Part shown: in pieces, positions 14,001 to 26,600 of the stretch
Numbering within the stretch: position 1 is the first letter of the stretch
How the letters are laid out: every line of letters starts with the position of its first letter
Assembly: GCA_051362555.1 (NCBI GenBank)
Contig: CM120641.1
Coordinates: forward strand, 37,020,401 to 37,084,400
Direction of reading: 5' to 3'
Source of the DNA: Lingula anatina
Lineage: Eukaryota; Animalia; Brachiopoda
DNA length: 64,000 nucleotides
Translations under genes and position numbers: made by a program
The notes under the pieces: model-generated
Told to the model about the DNA's origin: nothing
Databases searched by the model: none
Seen by the model: the letters and a program-made list of their open reading frames with translations, nothing else

Positions 14001-17000
14001 CAACTACATAACATTACTAAAATGAGTTGACATATCTATTAATGAATTTACACCTTAATTTTTGGTGATTACTACACTTCAGGGCTCAACATGTATTTTT
14101 CTGGTCACCTGCCCCGTCAGGCTTACTGCTGACATGTTTCACCTGTCCCCATGGCAGCTAATTTCCACTTTAACAGCCCCCCCCCCCCCAAATGGCAAAT
14201 ACCTCACTAATATAACATTTCAAATTTTATTGTTTACATTTTATAATCTTTGTATTACTTTATTTTAGTTTCTTAAATTATTATAGCACCACTAGTGTTA
14301 TGTATCTATATTTGAAACACATCTTCTGCAGTTGTATTTTTTGGCAATGCTCTATAAGGCCATTTTCCATTTTTGTGAAATGTGTTGTGCACTTTTGCTG
14401 TTCATTGTACTGTATTCCCCTAAGCCAACTAGTAACCGGAAAGCAAGTATACAACAAGCATAAATTGGTGATAAATTGCCACCCTCTTCGTTGATATCAA
14501 AAGCCATTGTTCCTGCGAGAATATTTCACTTGGTTTCCATTTATTGTGAGAGGATTCACACTGGCCTAAGAAGGTGGAGATTAGAAGCGGTTTTGATGAT
14601 ATAGGCTTCTGTTCTGCAACAAAGTTTTAGTTTATAGCTTGGGAATTCAGATTTCAAAGAATTCTGTTTATACGAGAGAGTATAATTGAAAAAGTTTCAC
14701 TAATAAATCTGTTGTGGATACATCGGTAGGTGTGAGCACACGTTTTAAAGTTTCTTGTGTTCTCCAATTGCATGATGATGTGTTTCTTGCACACATGGTA
14801 CATTAAATTTTTTTTACTCCCAGGGATGAGTTTTTTCTGACTATTGGCAGATTTCCAACTTTTTGGGGTGTGTGTGTGTGTATGAATCTGGGATTAGATA
14901 AGTTCCCTGTGGTAAGAAATCATAATCAGGGATAGACTACACTCCACAAGGAACAGAGATGTTCAACAATCCAGCTAATTGTAGTCTCTACCATCAACAC
15001 AGTAGGCTCAATGTGGCTTAAGTTTACAATATGTGTGCATACTGGCTTGATTGCAATTAGGCTGCCAATGACATTTATGTCCCGTAAATGCCAGGTTGCA
15101 ACCTTTACACGACCATGGCAGTCATGAGTTTGCGAGTGTTTTGAACAGTTCCTTACAAACCTTGCAAACTCCCAAGATGACAGATAAAAAGTGATAGAGG
15201 CCAAGAGATGGATTGGAAAACTGTTGAGAACACTTTGCAACCCAATGGTTATTCCCTGCATTTGACAACTAGAGTAAGCCAAAAATCCTTCACCAAGCAA
15301 TCAAAGGGATGGTGTAATATATTGAAATAGCAGGGTGTATTTGAGCCCCATGGAAATGCAGCCTTGAAACTCTCTCTCTAAAGTGTTACCCTTAGTCTGA
15401 TTGGTTGTAATTGTATGCGGTTAGGGATAGACAAAGGCTGGTGTCCCCAGAGCTGTGGTATTTCTCACTTTCTGTCTACAAACTCCACTTGGAAGTCATT
15501 CTCTATAAATGGGGTGATGTATTACCTTATCAGGCTTTGCATTCATGGATGCAATGTTATCTTCTACAGATCCGTGGCCATTTTGATTGGTTTAGATTTT
15601 TGATAAGTTTGCAGAGGGAGGTTGTTTTAATTGGTGGTTGGGAAAAAATAAATGTAGCTTGTAAACACAGTTTTTTTTATCATGGACTGCTTGGTATGAA
15701 GTGGTCCTTGTGGAAACAATTATCATTCACTTTCTGTTGTTATCGACAAAGATTATTGATAAGCATGCTGATTGTCAATTTCTGTTCGAGTTATCCCAAT
15801 TTTTAAAGATTACTAGATATCATTGACAATTATCTCTCCTTCCCACGTAGGAAATAGTGTACCTCATTTCTTTTCCAAAAACTTTATCTTTTATCTTTTT
15901 ATTTGTATAGAAAGCAGATAAATTTGACAGTTGCAATTATTTATTTGTAGCAGGAAAAGGCATCTGGAAAAACCTGTACTGTTTGCCAAATTTTGCTTCC
16001 TTTAAACTGATATTCTGCACATCAGTTTTAATCGGTATAGACTGCACATGGAGTGAAGACACATATGGAAAGCAAGAAGTGGATTAAAGATGCAGACATT
16101 ATGTGTCTTTTGTACAATTATTTTTAATCTTTGAAAAGTATGAAGAATGGAGTTGGAACATTTTACATTAAATTAAGCAAGTTACAGCAAGATCAGTATA
16201 ACTTGAATATCTGTCATTCTTAAGTTAACTTGTGGTCAAAGCATGTTTCTCTGAAATCACATGAAAGACGTTTGCCACTTATTGAACCAGAAATCATTAC
16301 AAATTATTTAACCAATATTTATTCATTCTTACTTGCTTTTTGGTCAGATTAGTGGTATGTCAGATTTAAATTATGAACGGTATAGGATTCAAAATTTAGT
16401 GTTGATTCAAAGAACCCCATTCACGGAATGTATGAGAGTGAAATGTAAGGTACTGAAATCTCTGACAAAGAATATTTTGGTGATGCATAATGATATTGTC
16501 TTTAATATGGATAGTTTAATGACACAAAGTGTAAGACAATAGAAGGTTTGGATTACGTTGATGTAAATGGTGTACATTGTGGATGAAAATTTTGTTCTGA
16601 TAAAAATTTGAAGAAAAAGCATAGATCAGTATGAAAGCAAATAGAACAGTGAGATAGAGAGCTGTTTTTTGGAGGGCCTGAGAAGCAGAGGAAAAAAAGT
16701 CAAGAAAATGATATATGGAGAAAAAAACTCTTGCTTTGAATTGCAGGTTTTACATAGAAACCAGTAATAAAAATTTGATCAAGATACAAAGTGCTTTGTT
16801 TGTGTAGGCTTTCACTGCATACCATTATAGACAGAATTGTTTCACACTTTTACAGGGATGATTGATACAAACAGTGGGTGAAAGTGGCATGTTTCACACT
16901 TTAAGATAAACCAGGCTACGTGTGTGTGTGATTCACCTTGGTGTCTAAAATTGGGGCCAGTCTGGTGGTATTGGGGGAGGGGGTGGGTACAGCCAATCAA

Positions 17001-20000
17001 ATGTTGAGATTTATTATTAGATTAATGTTTGGTGATATTAATGAGTTCAGTCATTAGAAATATTAGTATTCTTTGAAGGTTTGCCTGTTGGAATTAACTT
17101 GTTAATTGAAGTACTTTTAAATTTAAATTAGCGTTTGACAGGATCAAGCAAGGTCAACTTTTATATAACACTAGTGTGTTAAGTTCAAAAAAAGGCTGGG
17201 GCTTTAGCCATTTCAATAAATTCATGACACTCCTAATCAAATCAGGTCCTATTTCTCAGAGGGATGTTTCACAGAAATTTTGTGGACCACATTATTCTGG
17301 CCAAAAGGTCATTGGAAAATCAGTTCTGATAACTTTCAGTCTCTCCTTGCATGCGAACATCTTATCAATGTTACTTGTAGTGATTGGGCAGATTACCATT
17401 GGGGCACTGATGAAGATCATAGCTGTTGATTTGATTTTGCAGATTACCTGCTGTGAAATTGTATAGACATCAGCAGTCTGTTTGAACTTGGGAATGAAAA
17501 TGTTTGTCTTGAAGTAGGGACACAATTACGGAGTGGTGTTGTGTTCTTTTCTGTTATGGTTTAAAGGAACAAAAATTATTATTATTATTATTATTATTAT
17601 TATTTTTAAATAAGTATTTTAATGACAGTGTTGTTCTGTGAATCAGTGTTCCTTGTTATTAACATCCTGTTGTTACTGAAATCATTATTGGTGAATGTTG
17701 AAAAACCTTAAAAAGATAATATATTATCACAAACAGATGTACACTTTTGTGTGTTTATCGATGAAGACCTCCACATTATTAAGTAACAGATAAACATTTA
17801 CAGTTTATTCATGCATGTAACACATGAGCATGATGCAGAATACATGAAACTCAAAAAAACTAAAACTCAAACTAAATCTATAAATGAAGATATTGCACTC
17901 CATACAAGTTTTACAAATAAAGGATGAAAACTAAACAACAACATCAACAACAACAATGACAGGAATAATTATGATAATGATAGTGGTTTTATATCTATGT
18001 CCACTTAGCTTTCTGCTTGGTGGACAAATAGCTCTTTTATACTGAAATATCATTAAGCTTAGATAAAAAAGATCACAATGATCACAATTTTTCTGATTTC
18101 TTTGCACTGACGAACCTCAAATACCAGCAGATGTGTGTAGCAATGTTTGATTCAAAATTTGTAACAATGATAATATTGCTATGTATGCACTATTAGAGGT
18201 AATGTGTAGAATTTACGTGTGTTTCACCTGACAAAATAATCAGAGGCATGGAAACTTAACATTATGTATTACGTATCATTGAATCATTAACATTGATATA
18301 CTGTTAACTACAATGTGCTGTATACACATAGCAATGAATAAAACTTCAACAAAGTAAAAATATAATTCTCAACAATTTTAATCAACCTTACACAATAATT
18401 GTAATGCAGACACTGCATATAACACTATAACATACCTCTTCACCTTGCCTTTGCTATTTACTGATGGCATCCCACAGGTGTGCATGGGTCTATAAGTAAA
18501 TACTTTCATGGCATACTCACCACTGGTATATTTTCTCAACCACCACAATGCCACATTGACTGATGGATATTCATAAGTAACAAAAAATGTCCCTACTCAG
18601 CAATATTCATTTCCTCCAATCTAAATTTCAAATGTCAGAAGATATGTATTTTAACATTGCACTGGAAATTTTCCGAAAGATGCTTTTAAGCAAATGAACT
18701 GAATATGAAAAAATGTAAATAGATATTACTATGATATTTTGAGTTCAATGGGACAGACATGTTTAGAGTACAGAGGTCGGTTTCCCATGTTCTCTGAAAT
18801 GCAGGATTGTAGCCATCGGCTTGGTGTAGCCTTTATTTCAACCATATTAATCTGTAAAGCCAAAGCTTAATTTTGACACATTTTATTGATAAAGAGACTT
18901 TTTTGACTTAAATATGGGTAATTAATATTGCTTAGTCAATGCATCCTCAGAAATCTATTCTATGTCCTTGTGAGGTTTCATGTATGAGCAGTATTAATTC
19001 TGCATTCATGCAGAAATCAGAAATGGGATCTTGTCTGTCCCCATGAGGGTCATGCTCCTCTGTAGAAAAGGTTAAAGAAATCAAGTGACACTTCATGTTT
19101 ATGTTCTCACATTCATTTGTGCTTCACCTTATTACCTGTCAATAGAGGATGTTTCTAAAGATGGCAAAAACATCTTGAATCTGTTGTGATATGTTAGCAC
19201 TTACTATAATGTGAAGCTCATAGATATTTTACTAAAAGTTATCACTGATTGTGTGAAATTTGCTTGGTTTGTTGTCACCTTGCATGGTTAATGAAACTAA
19301 GAACCATAGAAAATGACTTTAAAATACCACACTAGTCTACCGTAATGCAAAAAAAAAAAGAAGAAAAATGATCAACATCATGTAAGTGTTTTTTTGGAAA
19401 CATTCAGTAAAAATTGCCTGATATACCTGGCAGAAGTTTGTTAAACAAAAACTTGGTCCACATGCAATAAAAATCACAATAAGATAGAAATAGCCATCAG
19501 CTCACCCTTAAACCAACTAAAGGTACCTTACTAGCCCATGCTACATTGCCCTGCTAATTGTTGGTAAGTCCAGGTCCTATATCTGCATTAGAAAAAAAAA
19601 AACACTTCATTTGTTTCATGATTGGAAGTTGATTGCCATTTTGTCCAGCGAGAATTTCTTACAAAATACTTGAGTGGTGCAATTTTTGCAGTTATTCCCA
19701 TGCCAAATCTAGACTTTCTGGTTGAAAATGATAATATACAAACTAGTATTTAGTCACTTTTTTTACTGCAATGTGAATACAAAAGCAATTGCAGGTAGAG
19801 TTAATTGCTTCCATCTGGCCTAAAGTTACAGGGTTGCATTGAAAAATGCACACAATTAATCTGCAGCCTTGGTAGAGGGTAGGCACAGGTTAGCACAGCT
19901 AATTTTTTTAATTTGTCAACAACTACTTAAAAATTAGGAGTACAAATTATCATTTTACTCAAATTTATAAAACAGCATCTTAGGTAAACATCAACAAATT

Positions 20001-20830
20001 AAGCTTTGATTGAAAACCTTTTTGCAGTGGTATCAGTCAATGAGATTTTATGAATCATACCATAGCATTTTGTTTAGCTTTTAGGTTGTAAGAGAGAAAA
20101 AATTTTAATTACAAGGTTAATAAATTTACTTTATACCAGTGAATAAATCTGATTTCATTAAATTTTAAAATAATTTTTTTGACTGAGTATACAAATAAGT
20201 TCCAATAGCATTTAAGACTATATTAATAATCAAACAATTAAAATTCATTTCATCTTTATCATCATGTATACTGTTTTTAATAGAGAAAGGGTCCTCAACC
20301 ATAGTCTTATTATTGTTTCTAGGCATACAATATACACAGTGCCTAGAAGAGCTTGCACTTTTTTTAAAACAATTCCAGATGTCAACTAGAGATCGTGATA
20401 GACAGAGTCCAATCTGCAGGGACATTAGAAATCGATTTTACCAAAGAGAATCGTGATAAAATTTGTAAATAGGTGGTTGAACCTCCCACGCTAACTTTAA
20501 AGTCTGGGTTTTCATTTGGCTTTCTCAACATGGGATAAAATGAAATAAGATTACCTTTGAGATAAAAATCCCAATATGATGTTTTGACAGATACTGATTT
20601 TTTTAATGTGAAATATATTGGCAAACTGGGTTTTCTTTTTGAAATAAATAGAAAATTAGCATAAATATATCTAAACAATGTACCGACTTGATATTTTTTT
20701 ATTCCAGGTTGAATGGATGAGTGATAAGATAATGCGCTCCTTTGAAGACAAAAGGAACAACCCCTTCCAGTTTAAACACATTCAGCTGTGTCACAGTTTG
20801 GCCGAACTGGCCAAAGTCCCAGAACCAAAG
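4867..20830 (+). CDS. CPSF2: Cleavage and polyadenylation specificity factor subunit 2 (CPSF100), 5'-partial multi-exon CDS: join(4867..5015,5497..5656,6263..6368,6805..6934,7181..7296,8106..8194,8460..8558,20708..20830); continues beyond window
   Basis: Spliced translation [36 protein letters not shown]...[23 protein letters not shown]...[36 protein letters not shown]...DTAGRVLEL...[31 protein letters not shown] is recognisably CPSF100. The metallo-beta-lactamase motif is degenerate (HPDAFH instead of HxHxDH), as expected for CPSF100 rather than CPSF73. All junctions are GT-AG and phase-consistent, 972 nt total. Confidence 0.97.
5497..5656 (+). CDS. CPSF2: CPSF2 coding exon 2
   Basis: tcttag| [53 protein letters not shown] |gtaata. 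Confidence 0.96.
5745..6135. repeat. Diverged tandem repeat, unit ~150-170 bp, ~2.5 copies, with a poly-G run (5917-5938)
   Basis: ttttcacattg three times; accattagag.gaggaa...aaacttt...agacct....ttgggatgtg.atggg.actt.ggaattt twice. Confidence 0.7.
6263..6368 (+). CDS. CPSF2: CPSF2 coding exon 3
   Basis: tttcag| [36 protein letters not shown]|gttagt. Confidence 0.95.
6805..6934 (+). CDS. CPSF2: CPSF2 coding exon 4
   Basis: ttttag| [44 protein letters not shown]|gttcat. Confidence 0.95.
7181..7296 (+). CDS. CPSF2: CPSF2 coding exon 5
   Basis: gtatag| [39 protein letters not shown]|gtgagt. Confidence 0.95.
8106..8194 (+). CDS. CPSF2: CPSF2 coding exon 6
   Basis: ttgcag| [29 protein letters not shown] |gtatgg. 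Confidence 0.94.
8460..8558 (+). CDS. CPSF2: CPSF2 coding exon 7
   Basis: ttttag| [33 protein letters not shown] |gtgagt. Confidence 0.95.
12478..12538. repeat. Tandem duplication, 26 bp x2.3
   Basis: aaaatgatgagtgtgaatactttact repeated. Confidence 0.85.
14930..15800 (-). mobile_element. Possible decayed LINE RT relic
   Basis: - strand [14 protein letters not shown] at ~15315-15357 resembles the RT motif GVPQGSxLxPxLFNI; boundaries approximate. Confidence 0.3.
16000..16700 (+). mobile_element. Possible highly decayed RTE-like LINE endonuclease relic
   Basis: KNGVG motif at ~16143-16157 in a purine-rich tract; no continuous frame; boundaries approximate. Confidence 0.3.
20708..20830 (+). 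CDS. CPSF2: CPSF2 coding exon 8
   Basis: ttccag| [41 protein letters not shown] |gtaagt; continues in frame from exon 7 across a 12,149-bp intron. Confidence 0.95.
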
Positions 20831-21759
20831 GTAAGTGAATCCTGACAAATTATAACCCTGTTGTTGCAAACACTTTTGGGGAATTTTCCCAAATATTATC
20901 ACCAATTGTCTGCCCCCTGGAATGGGTTCCTTTTACTTTGATGTCATCAGGCAAAGTTTTTCTGGAAATTTCTTCTGGCAAATATCCAAAGAGGTTCTTG
21001 CAAAGATCTGACAGTCAACTCATGATGTAATGTCTTGCACAGAGGATCATCAGAAAGTGTTTTTTTTTAAATTTTTTTTAAATCAAATAGGCATGGTTCC
21101 TCTGGAGATGCTAGCTATCAGAAAGTATTTCCTGAGACATAACTATTGAACATTGGTGAAACACAGTTATAAGAGCTCCCATTAAGTTTCTTAAGAGAAA
21201 ATTGAAATAAATACTTCTGGAACCATTGTACTGGTATTTCAACATCTTGAAATTTTCTAAAAAAATTCAGACATCCTAATTAAGGATTATAATATAGCTC
21301 TTTTGAAAAGGTTGAAGATATAACTCACTAGTGTTATGTGCAGTTAACTTAGGGTAGACAGCACTTTGTATGATGTTGCACTAAAGATATTCATTGCAAA
21401 TAAAAGGAAACAACTAATTATTATTTACTTAGCCAGTTATTCCGATCTAACATCAGATAAAATGCATATAAAATGACATCTTTTCACTTTTCAGCAAAAT
21501 TGATAAAATGGTAGTATTTGTTTGATTAAAAAATGACATGTCATGCTTAATTGGAAAATTTGTATCTATTACATCTAAAAAATTAAGGTAATGTACCAGG
21601 TCTGTTTAAGGGCTTAAATGAACGACCTAAATCTTATAATTAATAACCAGTCCTTTTGTGTTATTTCATTTTTTAAATATTATTTTCAGTAAGATAAGTA
21701 TATAAATGCCTCAAATAGATAATTAAATAAATAATTCAAATGCAGTGTATTTTCTTTTC

Positions 21760-21846
21760 TGGGATAGAGTGGTTGTCTTAGGGGTGTGGGATTGTCTGGT
21801 GGGGAATTGCCTGGTTGGAGGGGGGGATGGAATTGTCCTAGAATCA
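21760..21846. mobile_element. Terminal fragment of a G-rich MITE-like repeat
   Basis: Reiterated gg(g)aattgtc/gggattgtc units ending ggaattgtcctagaatc. Confidence 0.4.
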
Positions 21847-22296
21847 TCCTTTTTTGGACATAGTTCTGGAAATTTAGTATTCAAGTTAAAAAAAACTGTC
21901 AGTATTCTTTTCAAGCCACATATGGTCTAATATGTTTATACATTCATGTGACTATCTCTCTGTCAGACTGGTATCCCATCCTGTTGAAAAATGGATTCTC
22001 ATTATACGATCTCGTGTAGTCCTGTGTGGTGAAAATGGGGTGATTGAACGCCTCACTCTCCTGATGCACCTCGTAGATCCTTCTTCACAGCAGGGTTGAA
22101 GTGCTTAAAGTGCTACGGTTGATCAGCGGTATGAACAATTCATATCTTTTGAAGAATGTGTACCTTGACTTAATTCTGGAGATAGGAAAAGTTACACACA
22201 TATATATATATAACAACAATTGGGCAGTTCCCTTAGTTTTTTATTGTTACCAAGAGGAAGTGAAATAAGTTTGACCCTTTGCATTTATTTAGTATT

Positions 22297-22299
<3 letters not shown>

Positions 22300-22337
<38 letters not shown>
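22300..22337. repeat. (AT)n microsatellite
   Basis: Direct reading. Confidence 0.9.
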
Positions 22338-22340
<3 letters not shown>

Positions 22341-22649
22341 AAGTTATACAGATGGCTCTACTAATATTTGCCTACTAGTATATATAACACATGTGGCATG
22401 GCAATTGCAAATAAACATCTTCCCATGCATCCATATGTTGGTAAAGATGGAATGTCTAAAGCATTATGGAGTGGAAGAGAAAAATAATTTTTTTTAAAGC
22501 TTTGTGCCCATTCCAACAGAATATTAGAAGTTTCGTTATGTGTTTTGCTTGTCCAAAATACTTATTCTCACATATGAATATTGGCACATTGTAAGTGTGG
22601 TAGAAACATTTGCTTTACTTAATGCTGTGCTGGTCTTCATGGTAATGTA

Positions 22650-22900
22650 TGTGAACAGTGCAACATATAGGGCGTGGCACTTTAAGATTAATGAATTTGC
22701 CTTCTGTTGTCTTCCCTAAGGACTCCTGTCGACTGGATATCAACTAAATGCATCATTTGTTGTCCAATCCTTTAAACTGTGGCAAGTTGAAGTCAAGGTG
22801 CATGATAATCAGTTTCTGGTTCATTGCTTCCTTTCTCTATTATCACCAGTATTTTCTTGAGGCATGGATTCTGTCCCACCTTTCCATTATCAACTTGACC
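22650..22900 (-). mobile_element. Decayed LINE APE-endonuclease relic
   Basis: - strand KLIIMHLDFNLPQ at ~22777-22815 (cf. IIxGDFNLP). Confidence 0.45.
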
Positions 22901-22949
22901 AGTTCTGAAGTAAAATGAGTTCAACAACCTTCAGTTACTGTGATGTATT

Positions 22950-23650
22950 TAGATGGGTTGCATTACAAAGGGACCTGATTTTGCTGGTTTCTTGGACAGC
23001 AAATAGGTTATCAAAGTTTTGAGGAAATCTTTTGGTTGATAACATGATAAAATCATGAACATGTTTGTAAAATGAAACTGAAGATAATTCTTGTAGTAAA
23101 GAATCTGGATCTAGAGCAGATATGTATACTTTAAATGAAGAATTATTCGTTTGATAATTTTGTAAATTCTGTTAAATACTATCCATCAGCACCATTGTAA
23201 TCAGAATTTCTATTATTGATCCCTTTTTCTAAGAGATGTGGGAATTCTCATGCCATTGGATGGAAGTTGTTTGACCTTACCTCAGTGAATTCCTACTAAT
23301 TAATCTTGGGACTGTTGCGCTGATAATCCCCAATTTTGTTAATTGGTCGAAAAAGCAAATTCATGCTTTGGCCATCAGGGATATTTGAGTAATTTGGAAA
23401 TCAGTTCGATGCCAAGGATCACAAACACATTGCATAATTGAATACAAAATGATGGCTTTTACTTGTATTGGAAATGTCACAAAGGAGAGTGTCACTACTC
23501 GGCAGTTGTGTGGGAAGGAAAGTGGTGCTCCTCGAGACGCTCCTTATAAGCTGGATATATCTATGAAGTTAACTGAAAGAACGTTGCATTTTAAAGGGAA
23601 GGAGTTATTTTCACTATCAGATTTACAAATGAAATGTCACTAATTATAGG
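22950..23650 (+). mobile_element. Decayed L2/CR1-type LINE, RT C-terminal relic
   Basis: VALQRDLILLVSWTANRLSKF at ~22957-23020 (cf. LQxDLxxLxxWxxxWxxxFN) and LEMSQRR...LKER...IYK from 23468 (cf. LExVQRRA...LxxRR...YK); many stops and frameshifts. Confidence 0.55.
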
Positions 23651-26600
23651 ACATTTCCCAGAAGGGCTGCAATCTGTTTTATTTCTCCAATTATCGTTGA
23701 TTGCTTGAATTCATTTTGGGGATGACCATGTTGATGTTTTGTCTTTATCTATAAAAGCTGCATTTTGCCCTCAGACATTTGAAAAAAAAAATCCCAGTGT
23801 TTGATAATTCAACATTACTTTTTTATTAAAATATTGTTTACCAATATCACATACATGCAAAATAGAGCACAATTTATTAAACTTCTTCAGTTGTATTCAA
23901 AGACAAATGTGAAACCTGCTAGTTGCTTGGAGAGTACACACTTATTACGCCACCTTGAATCACCCATTACACTGTGAGGTTACATGATAATATATTGATG
24001 GGATTCAAAGAAAAAACTTTATAGTGCAGCCAGGACATCTATCATTTTTGTGATGAGCATTATAGACAAGGCATAAGTGATTTGTTTTAAGAAAATCACA
24101 TAAAAATAGCTTACGCTGATAACAGCAAGATAAAACTGGGCACAGTAGGGTAGGATGTGATTAAGGCTGGCATTAAATAATTTTATTTTCTAAGTACACT
24201 ATAGCTTTAAGATCTTATTGCTAGTTAGGATGTAGTAACTCTTTCAATCTATAAACTTTGGTATTTCAAAGTAATATTTTTTGAAAAAGATGAAAACCTT
24301 ACCATATGATATACTCTACATATTTTGAAGAAAACAGGAAAGATTGCCTTGTCTTGTTTTTCAATGTAGCATGTAATCTGTGAAAGATTTAAAAACATTT
24401 TATTGAAAAACTCTTTATATTTGAGTACGCCATGGATATAGTAAGACACTACTTGACATGGAACTTTGCAAAATCTGATTCATAACAGATTTTGAAGAGC
24501 ACAAATGTGTTGAAAATATGGGGAATTGAACATTTCATATTATTGTTAACAAAACATAAATTCAAAACATCAATCTTAACATATTGACGTCAGGTTCTGC
24601 CAGTTAGAATAATATTGTAGGATCTTATTATGAACTTAATAAACATTTAGTTAAAGTTTTACTACAAATTCATTGAAGTTCATGTTGGTGAACTAGATGA
24701 AATATGTTTGTAATTGCATTGCAAAAAGCAAAATAGAGTTAATAACTCATCAAATACACATGGCGAGTCTGACAAGTTGAAGTGTATTTTTCACCTGTAG
24801 CCTACTTGAGGCTTGCACATTCTGCAAATCATCTGAAGTCTACAGGTAGTTACCCAATTTAGGCCATAATTCCAAGGAATTTTCATTGCCTTGTGGCATT
24901 TTGTAACCATTTACACTAAGAGCTGTAACACATTGGGAAAAGTCATACTGAATGTTGGGTAATAAGGTGCTTATTTTTTGTTTGGGTTCGGATTTTGGCA
25001 ACTTCAGGAAACAGCTGTGCTCTCAAATTTTTGTTTCAAGGAGTTTCTCTCTAAATCCTGTTACTGTGAAAAGGTGGCCCTAGACTTGTCAGAATAAGAT
25101 TGGGATGTTTCCAGAAATGAACGGGGATGGAGAGGGAGGTGAAGATGTACAATAAATCTCGCTGTTTGAACTAAACGGGGCAGGTAAATGGTGGCAGGCA
25201 TAAAGCAGATCTTTGTATTTGATTTTGTCTGAACTGAAGGGATAAATGAATGAAGCTCTATCCAAGCCTACCCATGCAATTAATTGGCTTTACATCATTT
25301 TACCACCTAGGACGTGCTGATCTAAGCAAATGCATGGTACATAAAAAGAAAATTCTTGTTATGTGTATCTGAAGTTTAAGTTTCTGCTCTTCAGAAATAA
25401 ATAAGGACCTCACATGCGTTCAGGTGCTCTCTTGCTGTTAAAGATAGAGCCACCTGATGCATGAACACCATCAACATAACGATTATGAATTCTGCTCTTT
25501 TAAAATTGATAGGATCCTTTTAAAAATCGATTAGGATATTACTGGCTTAGTTCTTTTGCAATGTTTTGCAATGATGTAGCTTTAAATTTGCACTCCACTG
25601 GCATCTAAAGCCAATTTATGTATTGTGATAATTTTTCTGATACTTACTCCCTCTCCAAGTGCTCACCAAACATATGACATGGTACTATGCATCTTACATT
25701 TGATAATTGTGCCAGATATGTATTTTGACTTTTATTTTACTGAAGTTTTTACAAAAAATATTTGAATGACTACCGTTTTACTATTGTCCTGTTGTTAATT
25801 TTCTTCAAAGCATTTTCTAAAAGCTTTAAATGGAAAAGCCAATTTGAATACCACTTATTGAATGGGAAACCGTGGTCAGTAAGATTATATGGCTTACATG
25901 ATTTAATAAAGTTTTGCCAAATACAGTGTTTTATTGCAAGCCAGCTTTTGTTGTGATTTAATTAACTCCTTACTTAGGAAGTAGAATCATTTGTTGGTCT
26001 ATTTGAAAGGCTTTTGTTACATAAAAGTTGTTGCAAATAAAAGTAATGAGAGCTGAAGGTTCTTGTTGAAACCTCCGTGATCACTCTAGTTGCAAAAGAA
26101 ACACTCAATTTTAGGTAAAGGGCACTAAGACATGGTGTTCGTGTACTTGTAAACATTGCACATTCAGATGCTTGGTATGGTATTGGCAGTGGTGATGGCA
26201 TAAGCCCACAAAATTGCTGCTGACACCTTTGTTGGGGCAATTTTTTTGATATTTACAGCCAGATGACAAATTGGACAGTGAATTAAAAAGACCATCAATT
26301 TCAGTTTGCTTGTGCTTGGATATATATATATATATATGGATAAACAAATGAATGAATCAATTACAGGTAATTTTAATATGCTGTCCAGTTATTACAAATT
26401 AACAATTTTGTGTATAGTTTTATATCATGATGTTTTTAAACTAGTTGATGTTATGTACCCATGGGGTGGCTATGCCTCTTTTATCCTCTAGTTTCATCTT
26501 ATGAAATATTTGGCTCAAGTCAAAGTATGTAAATGAACATCATCTTGAGTTTGTCTGCAAATATTCATGTTTTAACGAATATACTGCCTGTGACTCATTA

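Noticed and set aside
14761-14851. C/D-box snoRNA-like layout: ATGATGA (14772) to CTGA (14837) with a short terminal stem
   Set aside because: No recognisable rRNA or snRNA guide, a poly-T interior and no clear D' box; a snoscan/Rfam search would be needed
14926-15806. 124-aa and 131-aa ORFs as genes
   Set aside because: Non-ATG starts, no recognisable domain; better explained as a decayed retroelement region
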